The position numbers and the translations under genes are program-made. This document shows, piece after piece, positions 1-23,348 of a stretch of DNA of 64,000 bases. How positions within the stretch are numbered: the stretch's first letter is position 1; the number at the start of each line of letters is the position of its first letter. Origin of the DNA: Hormiphora californensis (taxonomy: Eukaryota; Animalia; Ctenophora); NCBI GenBank assembly GCA_020137815.1, contig CM035351.1, positions 3,968,001 through 4,032,000 of the forward strand. The letters run 5' to 3'. A model generated the notes under the pieces. That model saw only the letters and a list, made by a program, of their open reading frames with translations. It was not told the DNA's origin and ran no database searches.

Positions 1-591
1 GTTCCTCTAAACTTGTAGCCCTCAATGTCTGTTCAAATTTCCATTGTGCACCATGCGTACTTAGTGAGTACTCACTATTCTAATCTAGCGCTTATTTGCC
101 AATTGTATTCCACCAAAACCCGATTACTATCTGTTTTTCTAAAAACTCCCTCCCTCTTCTTGTCTCTGATTGGTCGAGACACTATAGCACACGATCACGT
201 GACCTGCGAGAGCGAGCGAGAGATCCCCCTCCAGCTTCACTGCAGTAGGCGGATCAGTAGCGTGCTGCGTGAGGGGACACGCGCAAAGTGATACATAGCT
301 AGTTGTGTCTGCACCAGTACAGATCATGTGATACATGTGTGGGGGCGTGAGCTGCTTTTGACCCCCACTGAGTATTTCAGATAATTGGGCTTGTTGGGTG
401 ATCTGTTTCGGGTTGCTTGTTTTGTGACCGCTCTCTTTATTTCTCTCTCTTTGTGATTGTTGGTGCTGCATAGGTCTCTGTATTAGAATGAAGTTATAAA
501 GCTCTAACTATGTTGTATTAATGGACCCCCTACTGTTTATTGTCTTGCATTCGATTGAGCAAATAATCAGTCATGACCTGAAAAGGTTCAC

Positions 592-1316
<725 letters not shown>

Positions 1317-3286
1317 AGCTCAATCCAGGTCACAGTGATTGGTACGAGTTTATTAGCCATTAGTCCAGTACAATCTTGTTAGACGTTAGTCTCATTGCAA
1401 ACTTCTAGACCTCTAGTGGGACTATAAGGGAATTAGTAACTACCACTGGTGTCTCTATAATGCGCTATTAGTAATAGTAATACAGTTGATATGGTTTAGT
1501 CGTTATGGTTGCTAATAGTTATCAGTCACTGCATGGTTCCCAACATTCATTATGAAAACCATAACGATCTAATATGATTGCTGCAGTAGTGTGAACTATA
1601 TTCATAATATTTCTCAAGTATTAGTTGTAAGGAGGATCATGTTAAGTTCTCGCTGCGAGCCCACAGGGCTTGTAATGTAGGCACCTCCAAAATTAAATTA
1701 CAGGTCATACGTCCCTACAGATCGCGTGATAGAACCCTACAACCCTTTTAATAAGTTTCGAATTGTTTCGCTAGAAAGCCACCCTTGCTACTAGATGTTT
1801 GAACTATCCCCCGTATACAGATTCTGTTCCTATAAAGCTTGTCCACCGAATGGTACCGGGCACTACCAATTGTTAGTATAATTTTCAGTTGTCACAGCCC
1901 CGGACAGCAGCATTGATCTAGGCAATATTATAGTGCTGCTGCGGTTGGTATAAATGCGTCGCGTGAGTAGCGAGTTAGTTATAGTGGAGGTGCAATGCAT
2001 TGATCAAATTATTCGTGCTTTGGAAATAAATCACGGCGCACCATTCACGATATATTGCTTCCTTCTTGCTGCTATCTTTTAGTTTTTCATTTGCCCACTA
2101 TATTTGATATCCGTCATTATAACGGGATTTGTTTCGCTAAAACTGTTCATCCACCATACCAACCATTAACCCAACCCCATCATTATATCCAGTTATATAC
2201 TAAAGGCATGGCCGTTATATCTGAATCTGAGTGCTATGGTGGTGGTGAGAGACCGACAGCCCCAGTTCATCCCTACCTGACATCATCCCCGTTCTCGGAG
2301 GGAGAGGCTAAACCACCTACCATGGTGCTAATCTCCCTCCAGTCTATCCGCCCTTTGAGTAGTGCCAGCAGTCCAAACAGAGGCAGTCCACCTCTCACAC
2401 TGATAAAGTCGAAGGAATCGGATGAAATCACATGGGTACTGAAATGGGAAACAAACTGACTTCTCAAGCTAACTTGTGTGTGTATGTGTGCGTGCCTGCC
2501 ACGGGACATATATATATAGTATATAAATCTGCCGTGATTTAACTATAGGGACGCCACCCAGCCGCGGGGCTGGAGCACACGCCGCTACTTTTAAACAAGT
2601 ATATATATCAATTAGGTCAATAATTAATAATAGGGCGCGAACCTGGGCTGTATGGCTCCCCTGAGGTCGGTGAGAGAGATTGGGGTGACTCCCTTAGACC
2701 AAGAATTCGCTCAATACTGTGTTTCAGCATGCTACAGTCAGGGGACCTGAAAAGAAGGGAGGGGGTTAGACTTGCAGTTGGTTTTTAAACATCACCCGCC
2801 ACTAATAACATGATTTAGGCTAACTTAGATTGAATTAAAGTCACTGAAACTAATCACAGGAATTAAATGAATGACTCATAGCTCAACCTGGCTAGTGTTT
2901 AACACGTTGCTCTTATTATCAGAACAAGCCAGGGGAGAAAGTGATTTGACTAGAATGAATACTCACAATTTATATGGCAGCAGTATACCATTGTAGGCTA
3001 CAACGTAGCAATTAGTGGACCGTGGCTAATCTAGTTTTGTTTAATATAATGATCACAAGACTAAAATAACTCACATTTATGTATTGCAACTCATTCCCTC
3101 TAAATGTAGATCTCACATTCGACAAACTGATCATATCCCACCTCTAGGCGGTCATGAGGTGTCCAGTATCCACTATCCACACACTGACTGACCATGTGTC
3201 ACATTACCAACTAACTGACCCCTGTCCCCCACCCCTTACCAAAACCCCCAAAATAACTGACCAGTTAAAAATTTCACACCCTGCAG

Positions 3287-3430
3287 GTTTGGTTTCAAAA
3301 CCGGCCCGTGCCAAGGGAAGGGAAAAGGGAGAACGGCCCCTGGTTTGAAACCCGGTCCAGTACCCCGGGGATAGAAATCATTTGGGGGCCTGTGCAGACA
3401 AGTCTCAGCCACCCAAACTAATCGAGAAAC
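3287..3430 (+). CDS. PRD-class homeobox gene, helix-3 exon (frameshifted as assembled)
   Basis: ctgcag|GTT TGG TTT CAA AAC CGG... reads VWFQNR, followed by cgtgccaag (RAK) out of frame. The acceptor sits just before VWFQN, the typical PRD-class intron position. GTAAGT donor at 3431 and a further acceptor near 3559. The helix 1-2 exon was not found. Confidence 0.6.
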
Positions 3431-4409
3431 GTAAGTGAATTATATCAATTGGTTTGATTGTTTTCTATTGAGTGGCTTGGATTTGAGATTCTCCGGTTGT
3501 GAACATTTGTGTACATACATAATATAATGTTGGGGTCAATAAAAAATGTTCACTTTCAGGCCATATACCGGGAAACACCCCCCCACGGGACCCCCTCCAC
3601 CAAACATCCTCTTTGGAGGAGACCCAACGGGGTAAAGCGCTCCCTACCCTTGGTTGAGTACCCTCTCCACGCCCTCCACTTAAATTTAAAGGACCTGGCA
3701 GCCTGGTTAAGGCGGCTGCAGCACTGGGGTTTGGGGGAATTTTTGGGGGGTAAAAAAGAAAGTGTGATAGCAATGGCAACACACTGAAAGCTCAGAAAAT
3801 TAGCTGAAACACTATGTAGATGTATGTGAGATATACTAGATTTGGTACTATCCGAGAACCAAGGACTTCAGTGTTTGTGCAGGCGCGGAGATGATATGAC
3901 GTATGCAAAAGACGATGATGAATTAATTATTGTAATGATTGAGTTTGATTGAAATATGTGAAATGTTTATTTGTGAGCCCCCGTCCCCCCTATTGATTGA
4001 TTTATTTTCATACCATAACATAACCGTGCTTTGTTTTTAGTCCGATACCAATTAGCTTCTCTCTCTCCAAAACTACTTAGAGCTACCATTAAATGCTATT
4101 TAGTATGCTACCATTAATCAGAATGGTTCACTCTTTAAAAACACCCAATTTGACTCCAGAAATACTGCCCTCTTTTATTCCCCGATATAAATAGGACCCA
4201 TTTCACGGCCCTTATGTGGATTGATACTATATCGGCACGAGGCCTCGCCCTTTTTAATTGGACAAGCTGTTCGCTACTCAGCGGTCAAGTTTGCGAAAAC
4301 AGATCTGAAAGTTTGGGTAATGAATCAAAAACCGGTTTTGACAGATCTCTGCTCAGTCCCACCCTGTTTAAACCCTCTCCCTCTCCCTCAGGTCTAACAC
4401 CTACATATA

Positions 4410-4451
4410 CAGGGTGTCCCACTGTCTTCGCAAAGACAGTGGGACACCCTG
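4410..4451. mobile_element. 42-bp Tc1/mariner-type mini-MITE (hairpin)
   Basis: TA|cagggtgtcccactgtctt-cgca-aagacagtgggacaccctg|TA: 19-bp perfect TIRs, CAGGGTG end, TA flanks. Confidence 0.75.
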
Positions 4452-5447
4452 TATATAGGGCCCAGAGTGTGTAATAATAACACCCTATAGTGCATTAATG
4501 AAACCCATACCAAGCCGCCGGGTACTACCCTACTGTATAGCTTGGTCTGTACGATTGTAGACTAATTTAATTACTGAAAAGCTACAGCTCTCTCTCTATT
4601 CTATATAGCTGATTCTCAACCATTGGCCCTCTCTCACCCCGTAACACTGGCACAGTAAGCACCACACAGCAAGATCACTGTGATGCACTTTTCGAGTCCA
4701 AGTCACGACCTGCTCATCAGTGTTTGTGAGCCAATCAGAGCGCTCCCCGGGCACAACGGACCAATCAGAGGCCAGGGATTCAGTCACGTGCACTACATAG
4801 TCAGGGGCTGTCACGTGATCCCCTGCCCATAGCACGGAATAGCACAGAGAATCCTTCCATTTAATTAGCCACACAACTCTATCTCTTTCTCTCTCTCCCG
4901 CATTGATAAGTAAATTACACAGCGAAGCTATTTTGTAGTGTTGAGTTAAAACGTTACTTCGTACTACGGGGGGCGAGGGACTAAAACAGATTGGGACATG
5001 CATCACATGATCACCCCAAGCTACTGGGCTCCCAGCGGGGGGGGGGGGGGGGGGCTCCCAACTTCTCCAACTGACCGATACACCACACGATGATCACTGG
5101 ATGTTATTTTTAGTTCAGTGGTCCGATCCTAAAATATCCGGTCGAGTCATAAACACGTTAAAACTTATTGATGAAGTGCATGTTCACTTACGATTTTTAA
5201 GGAGGAAAAAATAGGCGTCTCTGTACATGTACAGATATGTCTATCTTGCCGAATCCCAATTTATTTTACTTGAAGCATACATAAATTTCCTAATATCCAT
5301 ATTAAACTATCGACTCATTATCAGGAATGATTAAACTGGATGATTTAAATCATTTTTGTATGATATGTTTTATCATACAGGGAGAGAGAGATAGAGACAG
5401 AGAGGGAGGGGGAAAGAGAAAGAGAGACAGAGACAGAGAGAGGGGTG

Positions 5448-5674
5448 GTGGATTATGGAGATAATGATAGTTGAGCTTGCTCGCGACGAAAGTCGATTAT
5501 GCGGCATAACCAATAATAAATTAGGTTTCACTAAAATAAGTAGTTGTTTAGCAGTTATCCTGTTAAAATTAATAGTTACTAATATTTCGCTTATCATTGA
5601 TATTATTATATGGTTATGCCGCATAATCAACTTTCGTCGCGAGCAAGCTCAACTATCCTCATCTCCATAATCCA
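5448..5674. mobile_element. Inverted-repeat element, arms about 65 bp
   Basis: tggattatggaga..agttgagcttgctcgcgacgaaagt.gattatgcggcataacca is mirrored at 5611-5674. Confidence 0.75.
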
Positions 5675-5824
5675 ACATTCCTCTGTCTCTCTCCATCTCT
5701 CTCTCCCTACAATATAATTAAATTATGTACGCAAGCATCTCTCTCCTAGTACCAAGTCTTCAGATGTAACGAGCCTCCTCCGTGCATTAGTGGAGCTGGA
5801 GAACGCCTGTTACAGCCCGGGACG

Positions 5825-5900
<76 letters not shown>

Positions 5901-6548
5901 GATAGTTTAATTTTATATGCTGATCTGCGTGATATTTCAAACACCAAGACGCCGCGTCGCCCACTCCCACTCAACTCTCACAGGTCGCTATTACTGCACA
6001 TATTATTATATAGCCCTATTATATGTAGCATTCCTATTTCCTGAAGTCCTGAACTCCCTCTATAATATGTGGACCAACAAGTACAAAGGATTGTCATGTG
6101 ACATTGTGAGTCATAATAGGGGCTGTTTTGGAACGTGGTGATTTGTGTGGCTCACACCGTCATTCTATTTCAAGCGAGCACTGATCTCTCTGCTGTCAGG
6201 CCAATGCTCTGACAGTCTCTCTGAGGATTCGAGGAGGGGGGGGGGTTCGGTAGATCAAGTCGTGATGTGACAATGGGTTGGTAAAACAGCAGAACGGATA
6301 TTACCTTTGCAATGGAGAATGGAGCTCCTGCAATCTACAAGCCATGTGTGATCCATGATCAATCATTTAGCTCCCACAAGTGTGATCCACGTTCAGTATC
6401 AATCCATCTGTTTCTTTTCATCTTCACATTCCACTAAGTCTCACAGATCTCTCACAGATCTCCTCTGATCACAGCACTGAAACATGGAATATTAAATTAC
6501 TATATAGCTGTTTCAGCCTCGGGAGATTTAGTTCCGACCGGGGGTCCA

Positions 6549-6693
<145 letters not shown>

Positions 6694-7193
6694 TCTTTCT
6701 CTCCGGGCTGCCGCTTTCAATTTCCCGTTAACGCATTAGGGGCACAATGGTTTTAAAATCGAATAGAACCATCATGTGAGGTGCGGTATATTAAATATCG
6801 TACCCCGTAGTGAATCAAGACCGGAGCGCTTTATAATAGCTCAAATTTGAGAGGAGGAGGAGAGAAAGAGAAAGATAGAGAGAAAGAAAGAGAAAGAGAG
6901 AGAGAGAGAGAGGGGTAGCTCTGGGGAACTGGCCACGTTGTGGTGAAAAAGGGGACGAGATTGAAAGATTATAAATTACGTTAAGAACACGTCCCGTGAA
7001 ATGCTATTACTATTTCACTGACCGTGTAATTAATGATTTGGCAAAGTGGATTAGGGATTAGGAAAACAATTACTACTGCTCTGCCTTTTTTTAAGTCTCA
7101 TTGTAGAGGGAATCTTATCAGTTGTTAGTTGTTACAACTTGGTAAAAATGAAAAGGATAAGATACTTTTCATTGGGGGGGGGGGGGAAGTGGG

Positions 7194-7475
7194 AGAGAGA
7201 GAAAATATACCCCCATGATCCATCCTTCCCTCCACCCATAGAAACCTTTAACCTCTAGCTCTTTCAGAGAGAGAAAATATACCCCCATCCATCCTTCCCT
7301 CCGCCCATAGAAACCTTTAACCTCTAGCTCTTTCAGAGAGAGAAAATATACCCCCATCCATCCTTCCCTCCGCCCATAGAAACCTTTAACCTCTAGCTCT
7401 TTCAGAGAGAGAAAATATACCCCCATCCATCCTTCCCTCCGCCCATAGAAACCTTTAACCTCTAGCTCTTTCAGA
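7194..7475. repeat. 69-bp minisatellite, about 4 copies
   Basis: The unit gagagagaaaatatacccccatccatccttccctccgcccatagaaacctttaacctctagctctttca is repeated. The ORF track shows 23-aa periodicity. Confidence 0.95.
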
Positions 7476-7595
7476 GGAGGAGTTTTTATAAATCAAGGAA
7501 ATTACCTTGATCAATTGTTTCTCCTCTTCATTTCGCTGATTATAGGCACATGAGCCATCTCTTGTCACGCTACAATGGTTAGGGAATGAGCGCGA

Positions 7596-7656
<61 letters not shown>

Positions 7657-7821
7657 GCTGGCTGGCTGGAAAATTTAATGGTGGACAATACAGCAATGAA
7701 AATAAATAAATATTAAACATACTGAGTCCTGCCCCGTGCGAAGAGATCGATACTCGTAAAGATAGACATTTAAAACAGGAAGATGATCTCCACAAGCTTG
7801 TGGGGCAAAATTTGGTGAGTT

Positions 7822-8739
7822 CTAGATACACTCTATCACACCTTTTCTCAAAATATACTTTCTCTCTGGGTGCTCGTGTCTCAGTTCGTTAAGAGTTTTA
7901 ATGGATTTCCTCCTTTCAACCCTCTCTTCAAAACTCCTGTCAGGCTCGATATAAACACGGCTATAACTGCCAGACTTTCTCAACTCACACGCCTTTCTCA
8001 AAAGAACAAGGAGACTGTCTCTAGACTGCAATGTCACTTTAACAGGCCTAACCTTACCCTCAACTTTAGATCCCAACCTGATACAGCTGTCCAGAAGTGG
8101 CTTCTCGTTCAGTTCCTCTAACAGAGACGTCACCGTGGCATCCACAGCACCTCCAGCAGGTTCCTCAGGCAGCCCAAAAATCATCAGATTCTTGGAGCGG
8201 TCCTCTTGGTCAGCTCTTGGGAGTGATGCTTTACTGACAGCTTCCTTGATTTTCATCGGAGCTAGTGCGGCACTACAGTTCTGCGTCAAGATAGCTGAAT
8301 AGCTCTTCAGGTCACGCTGTACAGTCTTAGTCAAAGCTGCAGACTCAACATTTCGAATTTCATCTTTCAGTTGGATAACTTGATCTTGAAGATCAATTAT
8401 CCTACGGTGGGTATCAGCCAGCTCCTTCTGTAGGCTGTTCCTCTCTTCCTCCCCATCAACACTGGAAGTTGACGGTCTCCTACTCCCCAGGGGGAACGCA
8501 AGATCAAAAAGTAGATTGCATGACTCCGCCAGAAAATACGCTAGGTTGTTCTTCATGTACTTCCTCCCATTAAATGTTTCAATACTGATATCAGGAATAG
8601 GCATTCCTCTACCTATCAGATCGTGCAGCTCATCTGGAGTAAACTTATTCATTGAACCAGGCGATGTGTTGTTACGAATCATGTTATACAGCTTCGTAAC
8701 TTTGTCAGGGGCAGGGTCTTTGGGATTCCACTCCATCAT
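7822..8739 (-). mobile_element. LINE ORF1-like protein (coiled coil plus RRM-type C-terminal part); no ORF2
   Basis: Intact 305-aa ORF. Coiled coil, then RSKNLMIFGLPEE...RLG...RPVKVTL...VYIEPDRSFEER, typical of CR1/L2/Jockey-group ORF1. Flanked by (GA)n on both sides. Confidence 0.8.
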
Positions 8740-8797
8740 GATGTTACGGTGATCCTCAAACGGTGAGACAATTGCAAGCAGAGATAACGATCAGAGC

Positions 8798-8843
<46 letters not shown>

Positions 8844-9303
8844 AGAGAGAGAGAGAGAGAGAGAGATTGGTGCGAGCCAGTACGTTTTACAGATGATTGA
8901 TTGAAACTATCATTGCTCCACCAGAAGAAAAGAGTAGTTGGCGGTGGAATGAAGTAGTTGGAGTGAAAAAGCACGGGGAGGGGGCCAATATAGTGATTAT
9001 AGAGCTGGAAGGGATTGGTAAAAACTGCAGTTATAAATGATAGAAATAGTTCAGTTTAGGTTTACAAACACATACAACATATAATAACACAGCTATCCAG
9101 GTCATTTTGCTAGCCCCATATATATTAGTTGTAGAAAGGTGATGTGGACCCCCTTACAACATAAGTAGAAAATATAGCTTCAAATAAATATCAAAAAATA
9201 AAGGATAAGTCTGAGTTGTTAACTAATCGAAAAGGGGTACAAATTATTTAAAACTAAAGTCTGTCAATTAGGACGTGATATAGATCAGAGTGTATTTACA
9301 CTG

Positions 9304-19497
<10,194 letters not shown>

Positions 19498-20488
19498 ATT
19501 CAATAACTCATTCTCGTACAAATATACATGCTAGAAAATGTGTACAAAGTTATGTTTAAAAAAATTAATTGTCACGAGAGTTTGGTTACAATCCCACTAC
19601 CTTCGTAAGCTGCGCTTCGTGTGCCGACAAGGGAGGGGAGGTTCATTACCAACAGGATAGTGTGGGTTGGTACTACAGGGACTATTCGGTGAAATGTGTA
19701 CAATATATTTTGTAGCAAACTTAGAGCGGAAGTTGATATTGCAATATTATCGTCCGCTCTAAATTTTCTACCTAACGCATCACGCAATCTAAATATAAAT
19801 TTATTTCCTGTCCCCTTGACTATTGTTCACATATTTTGTTCACTATAGATCTAACACCTAATGAGAAACCATCTTTCCTTTGCGTAGAGATAGTTCCTCG
19901 TGGGTCGCCCTAAACTCAAAGAAGAAGAAGAACTTCTTCTTTTTCGAATGCCCGGGCTTCCTTTAAAGAGGTCCTCTTTCCACAAACCCGGACACCATGA
20001 ATGTCCTTTAACAACAAAGGAGAATAATTGTGCAAATAATTTATGCAAATTATAATGATGAAGGAAATTTATAGCGGACGAGAATATTGCTATATCATTG
20101 GCCGCTCTAAATTTGCTACCTAACGTCACCTAAACACCCACATATTATCTGCGGAAGCCCTATTGTTGACTATTGTTCAGTGGTCACAAAACATATTTTA
20201 TCTCTATAGATCTAACACCGAATGAGTTGCAAACCCCCTTTCTACCTCTCAAACAATGGACCTGCCGCCCAGCAGTCTCCATACAGGAAACTAGTCAACA
20301 AAGGACCATTGTCCAAAGACTTGTAGTATAAAACCTCAGACTTATTCATTTTTTTGAAAACTTGTTTATTTGAACTTTACAACGAGACTGAATAGTAAAG
20401 TCCATTTTTTTTCAACTGTTTACCCAAAATTGAAATTTCAGTGAAAAAAACAGTTGAAAAAAAATGGAGTATTCATTTTAGTTCTGAA

Positions 20489-22148
20489 ATGTTCCGAGTA
20501 ACTCTTCTTATCGTATCTTTGGCTTGGTAAGTTACTCATAAACATGAATAGATGTTATATCACGAAGTCTAATCTACCAACCAATTATAATATTTACTAT
20601 AACGGGTGACAACTAAAAATTGTCCCTAATTTAAAACGGCTGTAGAATTTTTCCCTTTTGAGATACAGCTTCGGGCCAGCGATAGAACGATTTTTCAGAC
20701 AATTTTAAATCGGAGTAACAGAACGGCGAAGACTAAAAAGTTCATTTTCATTGCGATATCGCATCATTTCCTCTTGCCCCACCAAAGCATGAAGTACGTG
20801 AAATCTACACAATCTTCTAGCACCTCTAGCGCCTGTTCTGTTTGAGATACAGCTTCGGGATAGCGATAGAATGATTTTTCAGACAATTTTGAACGAAATT
20901 AACTTTGTTTCAAACTCCGTTAATATCAATTTCCTGATCAGAATCTTCTGTAACAAAGCGGTGTTTACAGGTAATTTGAGAAATCGCCATTTCGACAATC
21001 TCTTGAAACATTAATGACGCGGAAAACCAACTTCCTAATGAGCTGAAATTTTCAAACTTGGCAGTTATGTTGGCTATGGCATGAACGACTAGACTTCTAA
21101 TTTTGAGAATGCTATCTCATCGGGAAGGTCGTTTTTGATAACATAGAAATTTCAAATCTCCGTACTACATGCTTTGGAGGGACAAGAGGAAATGATGCGA
21201 TATCGCAAGTAAAATGAAATTTTTAGACTTTGCCGGTATGTTATTCCGATTCAAAATTGTCTGAAAAATCGTTCTATCACTAGCCCGAAGCTGTATCTCA
21301 AAAGAAAAAATTTATACAGCCGTTTTGAATTAGGGACAATTTTTAGTTGTCACCCGTTAATAGCATAGGGCAGTATTTCGCTCGATGTACAAACCAACCA
21401 GTAATAATTTTCTAGGTGTGTTTTGGCCTTGCCTGAAAAGCTTGTTAGGAGGGGAGACACAGAGGAGACGATACTGACGCTAACCAACGAATACCGTGCT
21501 CTACACGGATCACCCGCTCTAACTATCGATGCGACCATCACAGCTGCCGCTGCCAAATGGTGTGCCACCCTCGCCAGTGAGAACAAATTCTACCACAGCA
21601 GAAATGGGTAAGGGAATAACTTAAATATTGATAGAACCTTAGAACTAGACTCAATATATCGGGCCGGGAACAAACGCTTTATTAGTCTCACATTGTATTT
21701 ACCCCCAAGGTATGGTGAGAATCTGGCCGCTTCTTGGGGTACATCCGCCAGTGCCGTCCCAGCTCAATCAGTGGGTAACTGGTACAATGAGATAAAGGAC
21801 TACGACTGGAACAACCCTGGTTATAGCTCCAAAGTCGGACATTTTACTCAGGTACGTATCAAACCGGTACATTGTAGGCTTACTAATATTTTAGCCCTTT
21901 GCTGGTTCAGCTCAGTGAGCACAGGCCTATAATTCCCCAGTAATAGTATAAACAGGTGAAGCATATCATTCCCACATAACATGCCCCCACCTCACAATCA
22001 GTTGGTGTGGAAGAACACTAAGAAGATGGGATGTGCAGTGACTGACGCTGCTGATAACGCTGATGGTTGGATCTACACTTGTTGCGACTATTACCCTCCC
22101 GGAAACTACCTAAGACAGTTCGAGGAAAATGTCCCTGAGCTCCTGTAA
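20489..22148 (+). CDS. Secreted CAP/SCP-domain protein (GAPR-1/PR-1-like), copy 1
   Basis: Exons 20489-20526, 21416-21607, 21710-21851 and 22002-22148 splice in frame. Signal peptide MFRVTLLIVSLAWCVLA; motifs NEYRALHG, GENLA, WYNE, GHFTQLVW, YYPPGNY. Confidence 0.92.
20602..21357. mobile_element. MITE with long TIRs in intron 1 of CAP copy 1
   Basis: acgggtgacaactaaaaattgtccctaatt... is mirrored at the right end over about 190 bp. TA flanks. Absent from the paralogous intron. Confidence 0.88.
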
Positions 22149-22397
22149 ACAGAGCTGTTAAACTAGTAGCGTCTGACATGACACTGTCATGAAGAAACTT
22201 CTAGAAACGTCTAGATAGGATCTACGTATGTGTGTGTGTTGGACATTGTAGCTGAATTGTAGAGTCTGTATGCTATGAATTTAAGTTTCAAAATTTTAGA
22301 GTAATTGATCTCAGCCTCCCTTGTACCTCCCGGGGACGTCCCTAGAAATGTTCAGCAGGGGGGGTAATAATAGATAAACCCCACAGGCCACATGCAG

Positions 22398-22717
22398 CCC
22401 TCCGAGTCCCCCTGATCTGTCCCATTTTGTTTATCCTGTTTGGTGTGTTTGTGTTTGTCAGCCAGTTCCTGGGTGATGCCTGGTTATCTTCGCTGGTGTG
22501 GGTGTTGGTGCTATTGTGTGGTGTTCCTATCTACTATCTGGTGATTCAGGATGTAACGGGGTTCGTTAGGAGCCCGCTAAGGAAGTGGAGTGTGGTGGGA
22601 TTCCTGGGGGACAAACTTAACTGTGATTTTAACAAAAATCTGGTTGTTTATTCGTCACCATATCGTCCGTTTATAATTAGGCGACGGAAAGATCTACCAC
22701 TCAAGACTTGCTTATAG
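22398..22717 (+). pseudogene. Orphan 3' exon of an SLC7/LAT-type amino-acid transporter
   Basis: LRVPLICPILFILFGVFVFVSQF...SLVWVLVLLCGVPIYYL resembles TM11-12 of SLC7 permeases. No upstream exons were found. Confidence 0.55.
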
Positions 22718-22762
22718 ACTGCTTACATGTTATATTCTTGTATAAACCATCACCACCTCATG

Positions 22763-22977
22763 CTAAGTTCTTCTCGTTCCTCTGTTCCTCAGTTCAGTAT
22801 TTGTGATTGGAATCTTTCTCCGATTTCCTCTTAAGGTAATGAGGCATGATCTCAGGAGGGAGAATAGTAGCCTCGTCCTCAGGTGAGCCATAACTTCACT
22901 GTACGGTTCTCCGGTTCTTGTGGAAATTCGGTGTGAGAGTCTTTAGCAATAACCAGCGGAGAGAAGGCACCATGTAC
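22763..22977 (-). mobile_element. 3' fragment of a CRE-clade (RLE endonuclease) non-LTR retrotransposon
   Basis: Manual translation: VHGAFSPLVIA/RLSHRISTRTGEPYSEVMAHLRTRLLFSLLRSCLITLRGNR, matching the animal CRE C-terminal pattern HGsFtPLV...YS.vm..lR.RlsF.lLRS...lRG.R. Confidence 0.7.
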
Positions 22978-23044
22978 TGACTGAGCTCAATGGTCACACG
23001 CGGTCCCAGCTAGAAGGACTTGTTCTTCAGCCATCTTTCAGACA

Positions 23045-23159
23045 CCCCATCCCTACCGTTCCCTACTTTCTACCATTTGATTTTCCCGGTGGGGTAATTC
23101 CTGAGTGGGCAACGTACGTTCCTAAAAACTATAATTTGACTTTGATTGAAGAAGAATGA
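23045..23159 (+). pseudogene. Duplicated 3' end of the sulfatase CDS
   Basis: Near-identical to 25962-26076 (PIPTVPYFLPFDFPGG...LIEEE*). Confidence 0.9.
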
Positions 23160-23348
23160 ACGTTTGAAACAGTTTTTTCACTATATAAGCTTGTCAGTTG
23201 TCTCATATAAGACCGTCCTCTTCGCACCGAGCCGAAGGCCTGAGTGTGAGGTGTCTTCGAAACCAAGCCTGGTTCGGTATGCAGCATTTTGTGAGACAAC
23301 TACTGCAAGCAGCCCTTACACTTGACACTACACGTGCCGATTATTATA

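Larger units (their letters stand above)
19713..22386 (+). repeat. Segmental duplication, copy 1 (paralog of 27252-29011)
   Basis: Colinear high similarity from agcaaacttagagcgga through the CAP gene to ...aaccccaca. Confidence 0.93.
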
